Shown: positions 48,267 to 60,900 of the stretch, in pieces | How the letters are laid out: every line of letters begins with the position of its first letter | Position numbering within the stretch: the stretch's first letter is position 1 | NCBI RefSeq assembly: GCF_021869535.1 | Contig: NW_026262745.1 | Location: 10,788,001-10,852,000 of the forward strand | Direction: 5' to 3' | DNA from: Mytilus californianus | Lineage: Eukaryota | DNA: 64,000 bases | The notes under the pieces: generated by a model | What the model was told of the DNA's origin: nothing | Seen by the model: only the letters and a program-made list of their open reading frames with translations | Database searches by the model: none | Program-made: the position numbers and the translations under genes

Positions 48267-49988
48267 AGATACAGTCACAAAAGTGCTGAACATGCAAATA
48301 AAAACCATTTGTGTAATGTGTTTGATTTCAACTTTATAGAGTATTGTTACAATTACATAAAGGAAAGTTATGATTATATCGGTTACGTATGTTATCTGCT
48401 ATGTTACGTATGTCAAATGCTTTCTGAAACGTTTTTTTTTCTTCATTTGATGTATTATCCATTGCGAGAATATCAGTTTTATTATTTCTTATTAAAGAAT
48501 CCCTTACGAAATATTTAAATCAATCAAAATCATAATAATAAAAATATTTATAATTTCTAAACTAACATCACGCAAGTGCAAACATCCTCGATACAGATAT
48601 TAAATTAGAGCTTAAAATGAATAATAACAAATATGCCTAAGAGAAGGAAGCAGTTCAAAGAGGAATAACTCTTTTTAATAAATCTAAATTGATATTTTTT
48701 CTTGTCTCATCTCACATATCTCGAAGATGTTATCTATTCAGATGCAAATTAAACGATGTATTAAAATCTCGATATTCATTTGTCAAAGTCCAGATCAAGA
48801 GTTTTTAAATATAATTTTTCTACAGTTTGAAATTTTCTAAGAGTTCATAAATGTATGATGGTATTCAACGATAACATACAGTTAATTTTCTATTAATTCA
48901 GTCAAGTTTCTAAGTCCTAACTTGATATGATCAAAGAAATATACTTATAAGTCTTGCTCTGTAGTAATTTTAAATGATTTTTAAATTCTACTGTATATAA
49001 TACAAAAAATATTATAATTCTACTGTATCCAAATAATATTCTTATGTGACAGTCTTGGTATATTATACAGCGCCTTAACTGTAAAAATAGGCTGAGAGCA
49101 AGAGTAATTAAAGTAATAATGGAAAAACAATAAGGAAAAAAAAGTGAAAATTGTGTCATAATCAACAGCTAATAAATTTCTTGTTTTATTTGCTGAAATA
49201 TAATAGTCAAATTAACTGAAGCGTCCATGGCCTCGCCTGCCTCCTCTACCTCTTTTAGGATGACCTCTTCCTCGATTTGGGTTGTATTGCCTTCGCGGGC
49301 TGCGTTTGGGTAGGCCTAAAGCTATGTCAATGGAATCTCTGATATTTGACGCAAGCATAGCAGTAGATATAGTCACAAAAGTGGTGAACATGCAAGTAAA
49401 ATCCATTTGTGTAATGTGTTTGATTTCAACTTTATAGAGTATTGTTATAATTACCTAAAGGAAAGTTATGATTACATCGGTTGCGTATCTTATCTGCAAA
49501 TGCTTCCTCAAACATTATTTGTTCATTTGATTATTATCCATTGCTAGAATATCAATTTTGTTATTTCTTATTCAAGAATCCCATACGGAATATTCAAATC
49601 AATCAAAAACATAATAATCAAAATATTTATAATTTCCAAACATACATCACGCGAGTGCAAACATACATACTGATATTAAATTAGAGCTTAAAAATGAATA
49701 ATAACAAATATGCATAAGTGAAGGAAGCAGTTTAAAGAGGAATAACTCTTTTTAATAAATCTAAATTGATTTCTTTTCTTGTCTCATCTAACATTTCTCG
49801 AAGATTTTATCTATTCAGATGTATATTAAACGATGTATTAAAATCTCGAATATTCATTTGTCAAAGTCCAGATGAAGAATTTTTTAAATATAATTTTTTT
49901 ACAGTTTGAAATTGTCTAAGAGTTCATATCTGTGAGATGACATTCAACGAAAACATACAGTTAATTTTCCATTAATTCAGTCAAGTTT
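48267..49988. repeat. Direct duplication of about 630 bp (48267-48909 and 49365-49988)
   Basis: Collinear from AGATA(C/T)AGTCACAAAAGTG to TAATTCAGTCAAGTTT. Confidence 0.92.
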
Positions 49989-50769
49989 TTCACAATGTGC
50001 CAGCAGGTTAAGCTTTCCGGAGCTATTGCTTTTTCATTGATATCATTTCTTTTCTCCAACTTTGTTTATAATAACACATTCTAAAATTGCAGACAAATTT
50101 TCGATTAAAAACGTTGTTCGGTATTGGATAACTTTCGTAACTAAAAGTGGCATTGAATTTGAAACGTGTTTTGAGTTTTCCTGTATCTTGTAGATTTATG
50201 TTTCTATTGTATAGCCAATATGTTATCATGTTCTGCCGGAAACATTTTTTGGTTAACTTCCAAGTTATTCTTACTTCATTTGGTACAAATAGATCGGTTA
50301 ATTTCCATTTGTTCGAACTACGAAACAATGAATTATTTTATACGGGGACGAAGTCTTCAATTACGGTAGAAAAATCAATAAAAAAAAAAAAAAAAATCAA
50401 TTTACTAATGAACTCAAAATCGTTAACTTTTTTTTTAAACATTTTTTCCAGCATTTCCGCAGACATCTCTTTCTATCTTCCGGTCTCATTTGTCCCGAGA
50501 CTTGTACAATATTGGAAGGAGCATCATATTGTTTCCCGTAAATTTGTTGTTTTTGATAATTCTTTGATATGAAAAAAAAACGTTACCTAATGATAGCGTT
50601 TCTTTGTTTATATTGCAAATGACGTTTCGTTTTTAACAGATTCTGCAGTTAAAATATGCTTGAATTAAACAAATAATGTATACAGACTTCGTCCCCTTTC
50701 AAAGGTAACACCTGCCTCATATTATTCGTTATAACATAATAAGATCTTCTCAGATAGGACCCACATTAC

Positions 50770-50968
50770 AGTAGGGGTTAAGTTAGCTATGAAACCAGGT
50801 TTAATCCACCATTTTCTACATAAGGAAATGCCTGTACCAAGTCAGGAATATGACAGTCGTTTTCCATTCTTTTGATGAGTTTGAACTTTTGATTTTGCCA
50901 TTTGATAATTAGGGACTTTCCGTTTTGAATTTTCTTTGGAGTTCGGTATATTTGTTATTTTACTTTTA
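50770..50968 (+). mobile_element. Repeat family 2, twister motif damaged at its 5' end
   Basis: AAACCAGGTTTAATCCACC...GCCTGTACCAAGTCAGGAATATGACAG intact; GAGG and the 5' P5 strand lost. Confidence 0.8.
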
Positions 50969-51224
50969 GCATGTGTTGATTACATTATACAAGGGGAAAA
51001 ATCATCATAACGGTAGGAATGGTAATATATAGAAAATGGAAAAGTCTACTGGTAAAATATCAAACTAAATATTAATTGTATATACATATGCACATTCATG
51101 GCTCTACAATCTGTCGATACCTGTATCTTGGCATTGCACAAGGTCATGTTTTCCTCTGACTGTTAATGACGTCTTTACACTAAATCCATTTATTTTTATA
51201 TATTGTGTTTATGTTGTACTGTTA

Positions 51225-51572
51225 CACCACTGTCCCAGGTTAGAGGAGGGTTTGACACCTTCAAAATTGTTTCACCCCGCCATATTCTGTATGTGCCTGT
51301 ACCAAGTCAGGAGTTGGTAACTCAGTGGTTGTCGTCTGTTGTTGTATATCAAATTTGTTTTTCGTTTCATTATTTTGTACATAAATAAGGCCGTTAGTTT
51401 TCTCGTTTGAATTGTTTTGTCATTTGGGGGCCTTTTATAGCTGACTATGCGATATTGGTTTTGCTAGTTGTTGAAGGTCGAACGGTGGCCTATAGTTGTT
51501 AATTTCTTTGTCATTTGGTCTCTTGTGGAGAGTTGTCTCATAGGCAATCATACCATATCTTTTTATTTTTAC
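51225..51572 (+). mobile_element. Repeat family 1, near full length, with decayed twister motif at 51235-51318
   Basis: GAGGAGGG...TTTCACCCCGCC...GCCTGTACCAAGTCAGGA, then the family 1 body in reverse complement. Confidence 0.8.
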
Positions 51573-51977
51573 ATATAGAGATTTATGTTAACTCAAAAAA
51601 GAAAGACGGCGACGTGTCAATCTTTGTTCTTTTCAGTAATAAAGTATAAGACTTTTAATTAAAGTCATATGAAACGAGTTTCAAAATATTTTGATATTCA
51701 GGAAATTATTGAACCAATGCATGGATATATACTAAACTAAGTCATATATGCTCGGTTTTTTTACATTAATTACAAATCTATAACGTATAATCGGCACATA
51801 ATATTTCATTCGGTGATTGTTGATCGCAAGCTTATTTACTTTCGAGTTTGTTGTCGAAGTTTACCTGATCGTGACATTGATATAGAATCAACACAGAAGC
51901 ACGTGGAGCATGTAAAAAATAAGTGAATTGAAAGAGCGATGTTAATCTATTTTCTATTTTTCTATGCGTTCCAATGT

Positions 51978-52315
51978 GTTTAATAAATAAAGGCAACAGT
52001 TGTATACCGCTGTTCAATAGTCATGATTCGATTAAGCAAAAACAAATCCGGGTAACAAACTAAAACCGAGGAAACACATCAACTATAAGAGGAAAACAAC
52101 GGAACAACAGAAACTCTGAACTACAACAAAAGCAAACGCCAACATACATAGAAAAACGGACTGTAGATAACAACTGCCATATTCCTGACTTGGTACAGGA
52201 CATTTTAAGAAAAAATGGTGGGTTGAACCTAAATTAATGGCTAGCCAAACCTCCCGCTAATATGGCAATTTTAAAAATGCCGCTAAAATGACAACACTAC
52301 GTGACAGGAATACAG
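51978..52315 (-). mobile_element. Repeat family 2b
   Basis: Inverted match to 16835-17055, extended through the twister motif. Confidence 0.85.
52174..52268 (-). ncRNA. Twister-like ribozyme, type-P5
   Basis: P5 UUGCCAUAU/AUAUGGCAG, P2 CCC/G(C)GG, GAGGU with L4 UACCAAGU, AC/GU, P3 CAUUUU/AAAAUG, P4 CCUG/CAGG, site C52225-A52224. Confidence 0.7.
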
Positions 52316-53569
52316 TACAAACAAACGCAAGAAAACTCAGCATATAGACTTTTCAATAATTGTTGTAAAATGATTTTGTGTATTTAATTTGTTCTTTAAG
52401 AATCAATTATTACTATTTAACTTTCAGTGCACGTTTGTTTACATTCTATCACGCTGTTCCCTTGCACTTGCGCTGTGCGATGGTCGCAGTTCTAACGAGA
52501 GGTGTCGTAGTTAAGGTCACTGCATACGGAAAAATATCGACGAATTCGTATACGGGAAGACAATAATTCAATAGCAGTACATTTCTGAAGATTTTAATAA
52601 GATAATGGATTTACTTTCACAAGAAAATCCATGTACACTTGTTTTTGTAATACAACGTAGCCATTCAAGTATATAAAACATATTCAACTTTTTTTTTGAA
52701 TGTGAAATTTCATTTGATTTTAAACAATATGTACACACTTTAAAAACGTTACCTGACAATTTAATAACGCATTCCTTTCTTTTCATAAACATTAAGTCAT
52801 AACTAAAATGTATAATAGCATGACCAACATCAGGACGTTTCCGTATTCCACCACACTTTTTTTAAAAGAAATAAGCCGAGATATTCGTTTATCTTTAATT
52901 GTATTTATTGCTCACTGATGAAGCCAATGACGTAGGGTATTTCCACTGTATGCTATCGAATGTGGTTAAGGTCTTAGGGTGTACGTTGTGTTGTGTGAAC
53001 AATAACTGTTGGTATAATTTTGAAAAAAAGTAATGCTCTTTTAAACAGCTTCTTATACGGTATTTTTTCACAAGTATATTATCCGAACAAAAACTATTCA
53101 ATTATTTTTTTAACTTTCACCAAATGTTAGCTATGCTCCATTTAACAAGATGGATGTAGAACAGGTTCATTGATTAATAAAAGTAATATTGAGATTATAA
53201 TCCCCCTTTTCTAATTGATGACATAGTAACAAAATGAATGAACATTCATGGCAAAGTATATTGTGTTTTTTGTTTAATTTCAACTATATAGATTATTTTG
53301 ACAGTTAACTACAGAAAGGCTATGATTTTGTTTTGTCTGTATGTTATCTGCAAGTTATATCAACAAAACCGTGTTTTAATATTGTTTTAAAATAAAACGA
53401 TAGTAGTTTACAGGTGTTTAAATCTCACAAATCTATAAAGAAGAGACAAATCAAAGTAACAAATAAAAACTTGGGGCATCGCAATCAAAATGTCACAATC
53501 GTTAATAGGACACAATCGGTTAAATTATAGATCATACGAAGATACTGGTATATTAATATCTAAGACCAT

Positions 53570-53865
53570 GAAAACTTATCACTAGTTCGTGATGGTGACA
53601 ATAAACTTGTGTAGTGTCGATTTCAGTAATTCTTCCTCATAATTCTGTTGGAACAGTTTTTGTGTACGAAACACAACCCTGTTAAAGACGTCCACATAGG
53701 GTGAACGTGCAGGAGCAAAGCGTATTAACTGAGGTATATAAACGCCATACGACGGATCAGAGGGTATGCTACTGCTGGTTACTAAGGTTGTAATGGGAAG
53801 TTGACAATTGGAAAGTTGAAATCATCACGTTTGTCATAGATTTTAGATTCCATCTCTGTCAATAT
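53570..53865 (-). mobile_element. PLE RT C-terminal fragment
   Basis: KIYDKRDDFNFPIVNFP...IPSDPSYGVYIPQLIRFA...QKLFQQNY, frameshifted. Confidence 0.8.
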
Positions 53866-54139
53866 CAAGCAAAATATTAAGATTTGAAGCAAACGCACAC
53901 GAAAACAAACATTCATACTTATATTACTGATTATTAAAAGATTAATACTGCATTAGAGGAGAAGAGACAAGCAAAACGAGGGATAAATCTAATTATTAAA
54001 TCTATATGTATATCTTTTTTAGGTCTTATTATTAGATATTCAGGTACAGACTAAATGATGTATCAGAAATTAAATTTTCAGATACAAGAATTTCTGTATT
54101 AATGTTTGTAAAGTTTGAACATTTGAGTTATATTTGGTA

Positions 54140-54505
54140 TTTCCAGAAACGCGTTTCGAACGCATACAATTTATGAAGTGTTATTTTCATTTGTGATAGC
54201 ACTGGGTCGATACAGCTGCTGGTGGACTATTAGTTCCCAAGTGTATCATTTGCTCAATAGTCAGTGCTTCGATACTGACATGATTTATAACATACCTTTC
54301 TTAAATTGTCAGTTAATCATTAAGAAACTAAGGTTCCAACTCAACCAGGCAAAGCTCACCTAAGATAGAAATGGCTATTAGTTTTAGGTCCCTTTTGGTC
54401 ATATAGCTCTTCACATGTTTTGGAACTTATAGGCCCTTGGCTTTCAATTTGTTTTGGCTTTGAGCGTTATTGATAGATCTAGAGGTAACTCCAGCTAAGC
54501 GCTTC
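54140..54505 (+). mobile_element. Decayed hammerhead retrozyme monomer (about 348 nt)
   Basis: Partial ribozyme repeats at 54143 and 54491; body is the reverse complement of 36900-37200. Confidence 0.7.
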
Positions 54506-54758
54506 AGACGGATAAAATTTTCAAGTGGTATCATAATTTATGTTGGAATTAATACATGGGTGAGTGCACTTGAGAACAAAATGCATTTCATTTCTATCAA
54601 GGCAAGTGAAGTGTTGAACTTTGTTATTTGTCATGTTTACAAATGCAGTGCAAAATAACAGGATTATCACAAAAATGCCTAATGTAAATATCTTTATTCA
54701 TTGATAATTGTAATGAAATTGTGATTCTTTTTTATATTTTCAGATATGGATCAGTAAA

Positions 54759-54926
54759 ATGCTGAACATCCAAGTATTTTGTGTTTTGTGTCTAACGAAA
54801 TTTACCACAATTACCTCTATGACATTGCTCTGTGATCCTTTGGATAATGTTTCCTATCATAAGCAACTTGACGAGTGTATCCAATGTGAAAAATGTCCTG
54901 CTGGCTACGGAAAAATTACATTAGAG
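54759..54926 (+). CDS. Gene C signal peptide/CRD1 exon
   Basis: MLNIQVFCVLCL...LCDPLDNVSYHKQLDECIQCEKCPAGYGKITLE|GTAATA; acceptor at 54743. Confidence 0.88.
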
Positions 54927-57900
54927 GTAATATATTTATGCTTGTAATTCGCCTTGATAAATATAGATACAGCAAATTGCAACAAATAAACTATTACAAA
55001 TGTAAAAATTTATATGTATTTTTTATAATTTAATTCGTCTCCCGTGTACATATTAAATTTACCATTTAAATTGCAAAGGTGAATAAATAAAAATTGAGAA
55101 AACAACTGGAGGTAAATAATGAAAATACATTTATCTTGATGAATGTTGTTTTGAACAATATTGAATAGCTTTTAACTAAAAATTAAAAAAAATAATCTCC
55201 TAGTATCGAACAGAAATTAAAGCAAATGAAAAAATATAACATGCATATCCAGATTTTAGATTGCTTATTCTTATTTTTTATATAGTATTTAATATTACCA
55301 CGCCTGGTAAACCATCAAATCTCAACTAAATGGTTAAGCTAGAAAAAAGTTTACTGGCACTTCCTGTTGAGCTTTTCTGGTACAAAATGTCAAAAATTTA
55401 GATAGGGTAGGTCCACTTTTCATCAATTTATTGTCAATCTGTAATTATTTTGTTAAATAGGAGAATGTCATGCCATAGATAACTAAATGAGAGCTTGTCT
55501 CGTTCATTACTCGGACCAATGGATGACTTTTCTCCCGTAGGTAAGTGCGGCCATCACAGAGTTTTTTGACAAAATGACAATGATTTCATCAATACGTAAC
55601 GTATAAATTAGTATATAACTGTTCTTCATCGTCACTATTAACGTACAATAACAGTTTATTTTTCTATTTCTTTACGAATATAATTTTATTAACCTGAATA
55701 TGTTATAAAGTATGTCAGGTTGAGATTGTCTGGTATAGGTTGTGATATTCTTGAACAATGTTGAGATTTTAGTCAAATAAAACGTCCAATTAGCTAATTG
55801 TCAATCGGATACGATCGTCAAAATTCATGAATCCTCTGTATAATGGTTGTCATTTATATAACTTGTTTCTTGTTTTGACATTAGTTTTGTATGATCGAGT
55901 CCTGTTAGTTTATTATTACAGATACTAAAGAGTAGTGGTTTTTAAAGCCTAGAAAACGAAATGTAAAGTATAGCGCTGAAGAGGCTGAAGATGTTAAGTA
56001 AGCACTCGAGAAGTAAAGTCGAGCGCTGTAGGTATTAGGTAGCAATACACAGTTAGGAGTTTGGTTTCGCAATTCGGCCCCGGTTAAATAAGAAAATTGG
56101 TGTTCACTAAAATTTATTCTAAGATAGCTGAAGAATAATATAACTTTCAAAAAGAAATGTTCAGAATGTTGAGCTCTACCAATTGTTTATATACGTCAAA
56201 ACTGTAAGACGACTTCTTATAGGAGTTGTTGCCCTTAAATGACAAATTTTACCTTTTTTTCATGTTTGCTTATTATCTTGAAAACTGTAATAGATAGAGA
56301 GAACCTTTAAATTGCAAACATGATCAGCAAGACAAGTTCTGCACATAAGTGTCATGGTCGAAATCGTCAGTCGACTCTTTATCAGAGTTATTGCTCTTTG
56401 ATGACGATTTTTAACAATTTTTTACGTTGTGTGCCTTACATCATGAAAATTATAAAAGATAGACAGAAACTTAAATAAGCAAAAATAATCATCAAGACAA
56501 GATCTACGATTAAGACAATATGGAGGAGATCGTTCGACGATTCCTTATTGGAGTTATTGCCCTTTAATGACGATTTTCACCATTATTTTTGCGTTTTGCC
56601 TTATATGATAAAAATTATAATAGATGAATAGACCCTTTAAATCACAAAAATGATCAGCAAGTCAAGATCTACGAACAAGTCAATTTTTGCCGATATAATT
56701 AGTAGATTGTCACTCTTTATAGGAGTGATTGCCCTTAAATGAGGATTTGTTTACCCTCTTTTGTGTTTGGAGCAAAAACCAAAGAAGATAGAGAGAAACT
56801 AAACAGACTAAATGATCAGTAATAGAAGATCAACAAAACAGAGATTTTTGTCATGAATTATATTCTCGTCTTCAATGTTGGAGTGTGTCCTTTGTTGAAT
56901 ATGCACATAGAGCAAGGTGAGCGACACAGGCTCTTTAGAGCCTCTAATTTATTGAAAAATTATGTTAAAATGCATATGGTTTTTATTTGACATCTAGATA
57001 GATAAACTGTCAATGGTTTCAGAAAAGATGTCATTCAAATGGATAGTATTTCTACTTTAGACATTATTTTCGGGACATTTGTGACATTTTTATCCCCCGT
57101 TTTGCAATACTTTGTATCAAATAAATGAAAATTGTTTCCTTTGTTACACCTAAAAGAGATTATATTTTACCATTTTACCTATTGTAAATCAGATCTATGG
57201 AAGATGCTGTTTTCATACATATGCACATATATGACACAACAGTTAGCCTTATTTGTTAGGAAGCAAGGCAGGACTTTGAATCGACAGCTCTGAAAATTGA
57301 GATCTACAGCTCTGGACTTTGCATCTACTGCGCCGAACTTTATACGTACAGCGCTTGACTTTAAATCTTCAGCGCTAGACTTTCCATCTCGTTAGCTAGA
57401 CTTTAAAAACACATCTCTTTAGTATCTGTATAAGACCAACAGGACTCCATATAAAACTAATGTCAAAACCAGGAACAAGTTAAAATGACAACCACTATAC
57501 AGAAAGTTCATGAATTTTGACGGTTGTGTCTGATTGATACGTAGCTAGTTGAAAATTTTATTCGACAGTAGATCTCAACATTGTTACAGAATATCACAAC
57601 CTATACCAGACAATTTCAACCTGGCATACTTTATAACATGTTCAGCTTAATAAAATTAAATTAAATTCGTAAGAAATAGAAAAAAATTTCTTATTATACG
57701 TTTATATTGATTAAGAAGAACACACTAGTATACTGATATTTACGTTACGTATTGATGAACTCACTGTCACTTTGTCAAAAACTCACTGAGCTGGCCGCAC
57801 TTACCTACGGGAGAAAAGTCATTCCGATGTCATTTCAAATTACATTGGTCCGAGTAATAAACGAGACAACCTCTCATTAAGTTATCTATGGCATGACATT

Positions 57901-60900
57901 CTCTTATTTAACAAAATATTTACAGATTGACAATAAATTGATTATATTTTTGATATTTTGTACCAGAAAAGCTCAACAGGAAGTGCCAGTAAACTTTTTT
58001 CTCGCTTAACCATGTGGTTGAGATATGATGGTTTACCAGGCGTGATTAATAACATTAGATATACATATAGTTAATAAATTATTGTGTGACTTATGTAAAC
58101 ACAGATAAAATTCGTGTAATTATTGCAATTATTATTCTTCCTATTGTTTTTTGAAATATACTACTCATGAAAAACACGTTTGCCAAATCAACCTATCAAT
58201 TTATTTCAGTCGACTTACAATTCAATAAATGATTGTATGTTCTTAACTATTTCATTATTTATCAGATTGGAAAGGCATTTTGTCATTAAATGCACCAAAA
58301 AGGTAATGAGGTAATTAAAAGCACATATGTTTGTTTTTGTTTCAATAACTTCTTTTTAACTCCGCAAGAATGCAACTTGTATATCAAATGGACAAAGAAA
58401 AAAGTTATTTTTAAAGGGTCTAGTAACATATAGGAATATATTGTATTATTAATATTTCACTTCAAAATTTATATTTATAAATATTCCCTGTTAAAAATAC
58501 ATAGCCAAAATTTATTTTAGCTATACATTTGGAAAGTGTTAAAATCTATGTATCTTGTTAATGTAGTTTCCAATGACTTGTAAAATTAATTTATTTAATA
58601 GTTCATCTTGCGCTAACATCCATGCTCGGGAAACTTGCTACCAAACAAATAATATGCGTATCCTCATTGCAGCCGAATACATACAATAACCCATGGCATG
58701 TCCTTTATATGTCAATTAATTTTGATGGTTTTTATCAATACGTTAGTAGTTATCTTATTCATTTATTAAAACTTTGTGTGTTGTGATTTATTGTCCCTGT
58801 TTAATACAAATGAGTAAGTAAAATCTCCCGAAATGAAAGTTAATTTGTTTCAAGGGAGGAAGATGTGTGATTCTAGGTTTTGACCAGTTAAGTTACAGGT
58901 ACAAATACTATTCATGACAGAACAGACCTGGAGGGGGTAATTTAATAAAAGAATCTCCGATTGTCTTCAATGCAAACATATTTCTTAAATTGAATTTATA
59001 CCTTGTTTTTCGTTAGAAATTAGTAGCTTTCATATATCATTCGTTAAGGAACAAATGTAGTCCCATCTTTTCCAACAATCAAAACCTAGGGTCATGTGGC
59101 TTTTGGGGGAATTCACATGGCCTTGTTTACAAACACTAGACGTTCGTACCAAATTATTACATTTACCCCAATTACTTTTCTATATTGCTGTAAAACATTT
59201 AAGTGCATTCAGCATTTAGTTTGCTTGAAATTTTTGTAAACCGTAGTTTTGATCCATCTTATCTACAAATATCCATTTCAATAATTATTTACTAATCAGT
59301 GGTGCACATGTTTTCAGTGTTATCCAGAAAGCTCCCCCTATTAGAGTGGTACTAAATTCACCCCTGTAAGGAAGTAACGAATACGATCTACTTCAACCCC
59401 GAAAACTCTAAGAAGCTAAGCAAAGTTTGAGTCTAATGGGAAATCTGTTCAAACGAAAACGAATATTTTGTGTATATATGTGTAATTTTCACAATTCTGA
59501 CATTTCTTCAATTGCGACATCATCAAACGAAACTCATCAGCGAACTTGTACTTACCACGAGCAACCCGACATGCGCCACTAGTTAAGCAGGATCTGTTTA
59601 CCCCTCCGGAACACTTGAAATGACTCCAAGTTTTTGAGGGGTGCGTGCTGCTCAAACTTTATTTTTCTATGTATTGTTTTGTAAATGTGTTTGCCGTTTC
59701 GTCGTCATTTTGCGATGGCCTTTCTCTCGACTTATGTGTCGAATGTCCTTTTGATATATTCTGCCTGTTTTTAAGTGATTGTTGATGCACATAGTGTCTA
59801 CCTTTGAACACCTTTATCTTGTAAAGTAATATAAAATGTAAGATTGAATGATAGACAAATGTAGTTTGATCAACAAAATAACGTCTCTAAGTAATGAATT
59901 GAGAAAATTGTTTACAGATCGAGCTACATATGTCTTTTCCCGTCTGAAATGTCTTGTGTTGCATGTATAGAATTCTCTACATGATAAACGACAAGCCAAA
60001 TCTGCACATGGCTTTTGTGTATAATTCACTAAATGAATAAGTTAAGGTGTCATGAAGTGTCCTTTGTAGAAATGTTTGATTTACTCATTTTTTTTCAGTG
60101 CCACATTCTGTGGTTCTATGTTTGTAATGTTTAAAATTTACTCTATGCATGTTACGTCCTGAATGTTTGACGCAATATAGAGACGTTTCCTCAGTAGCAA
60201 GTAATGTGTACATGTGAAATGAAACAACATCTATAATTTGAAAAAAATTAGAATAAACAGATTCCAGAACTATTATTTAGGAAAATAGGTAAACTAATAA
60301 AATGTGATCTGTACCTGAACTTATGGATTTTGATGCTGTATTAATTAAATAGCAATGCGTAAAGTGAGTTTGTCAAATTTATTGTTCACAATACCTCTAT
60401 GTTATAAACATGAGTTATGCTGAAGTTTGAATTGTATACTTCTTTTGTCATTATATACCATCAACATTTCAGACTACAGATGGAAAATTGAAAGAAAAAA
60501 AATAGATACCAAATATTGATTATGTTGCAAATTATTAATCTGACATAACATAATGCGTATGTAATGTGCATACAAGAAAAGATGAGTCGACTGCAAAGTA
60601 TCCCTCAATTTGAATATTTATCTCCGTTTCCGTATGATTTTCTGTTATTATTTCATTGAAAGTGATTTTAAGCCTTTTTTTTTTTTATACCGGATCAATT
60701 ACGCCATAACCATTTTATCTAACTTTTTTTCCAATTGTGTTGTTCGTTACCTACAGGAATCTGACATTGTAATAGATCCACCATATGGTTCTTCTAGCTG
60801 TATACCATGCCGCCCATGCAAACCAGGGTATTATAGTGATGTACATGCATACAAATGTAAACTATGTACCATCTGCACAGATTTAAACAAGTCTGAGCGC

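Noticed and set aside
50023-50572. 101-aa and 141-aa ORFs
   Set aside because: No recognisable domain, interrupted by a poly-A/T run, no convincing splice sites.
52568-53101. ORFs with a TFDSIQWKY motif as a LINE RT fragment
   Set aside because: Single weak motif, no neighbouring RT motifs.
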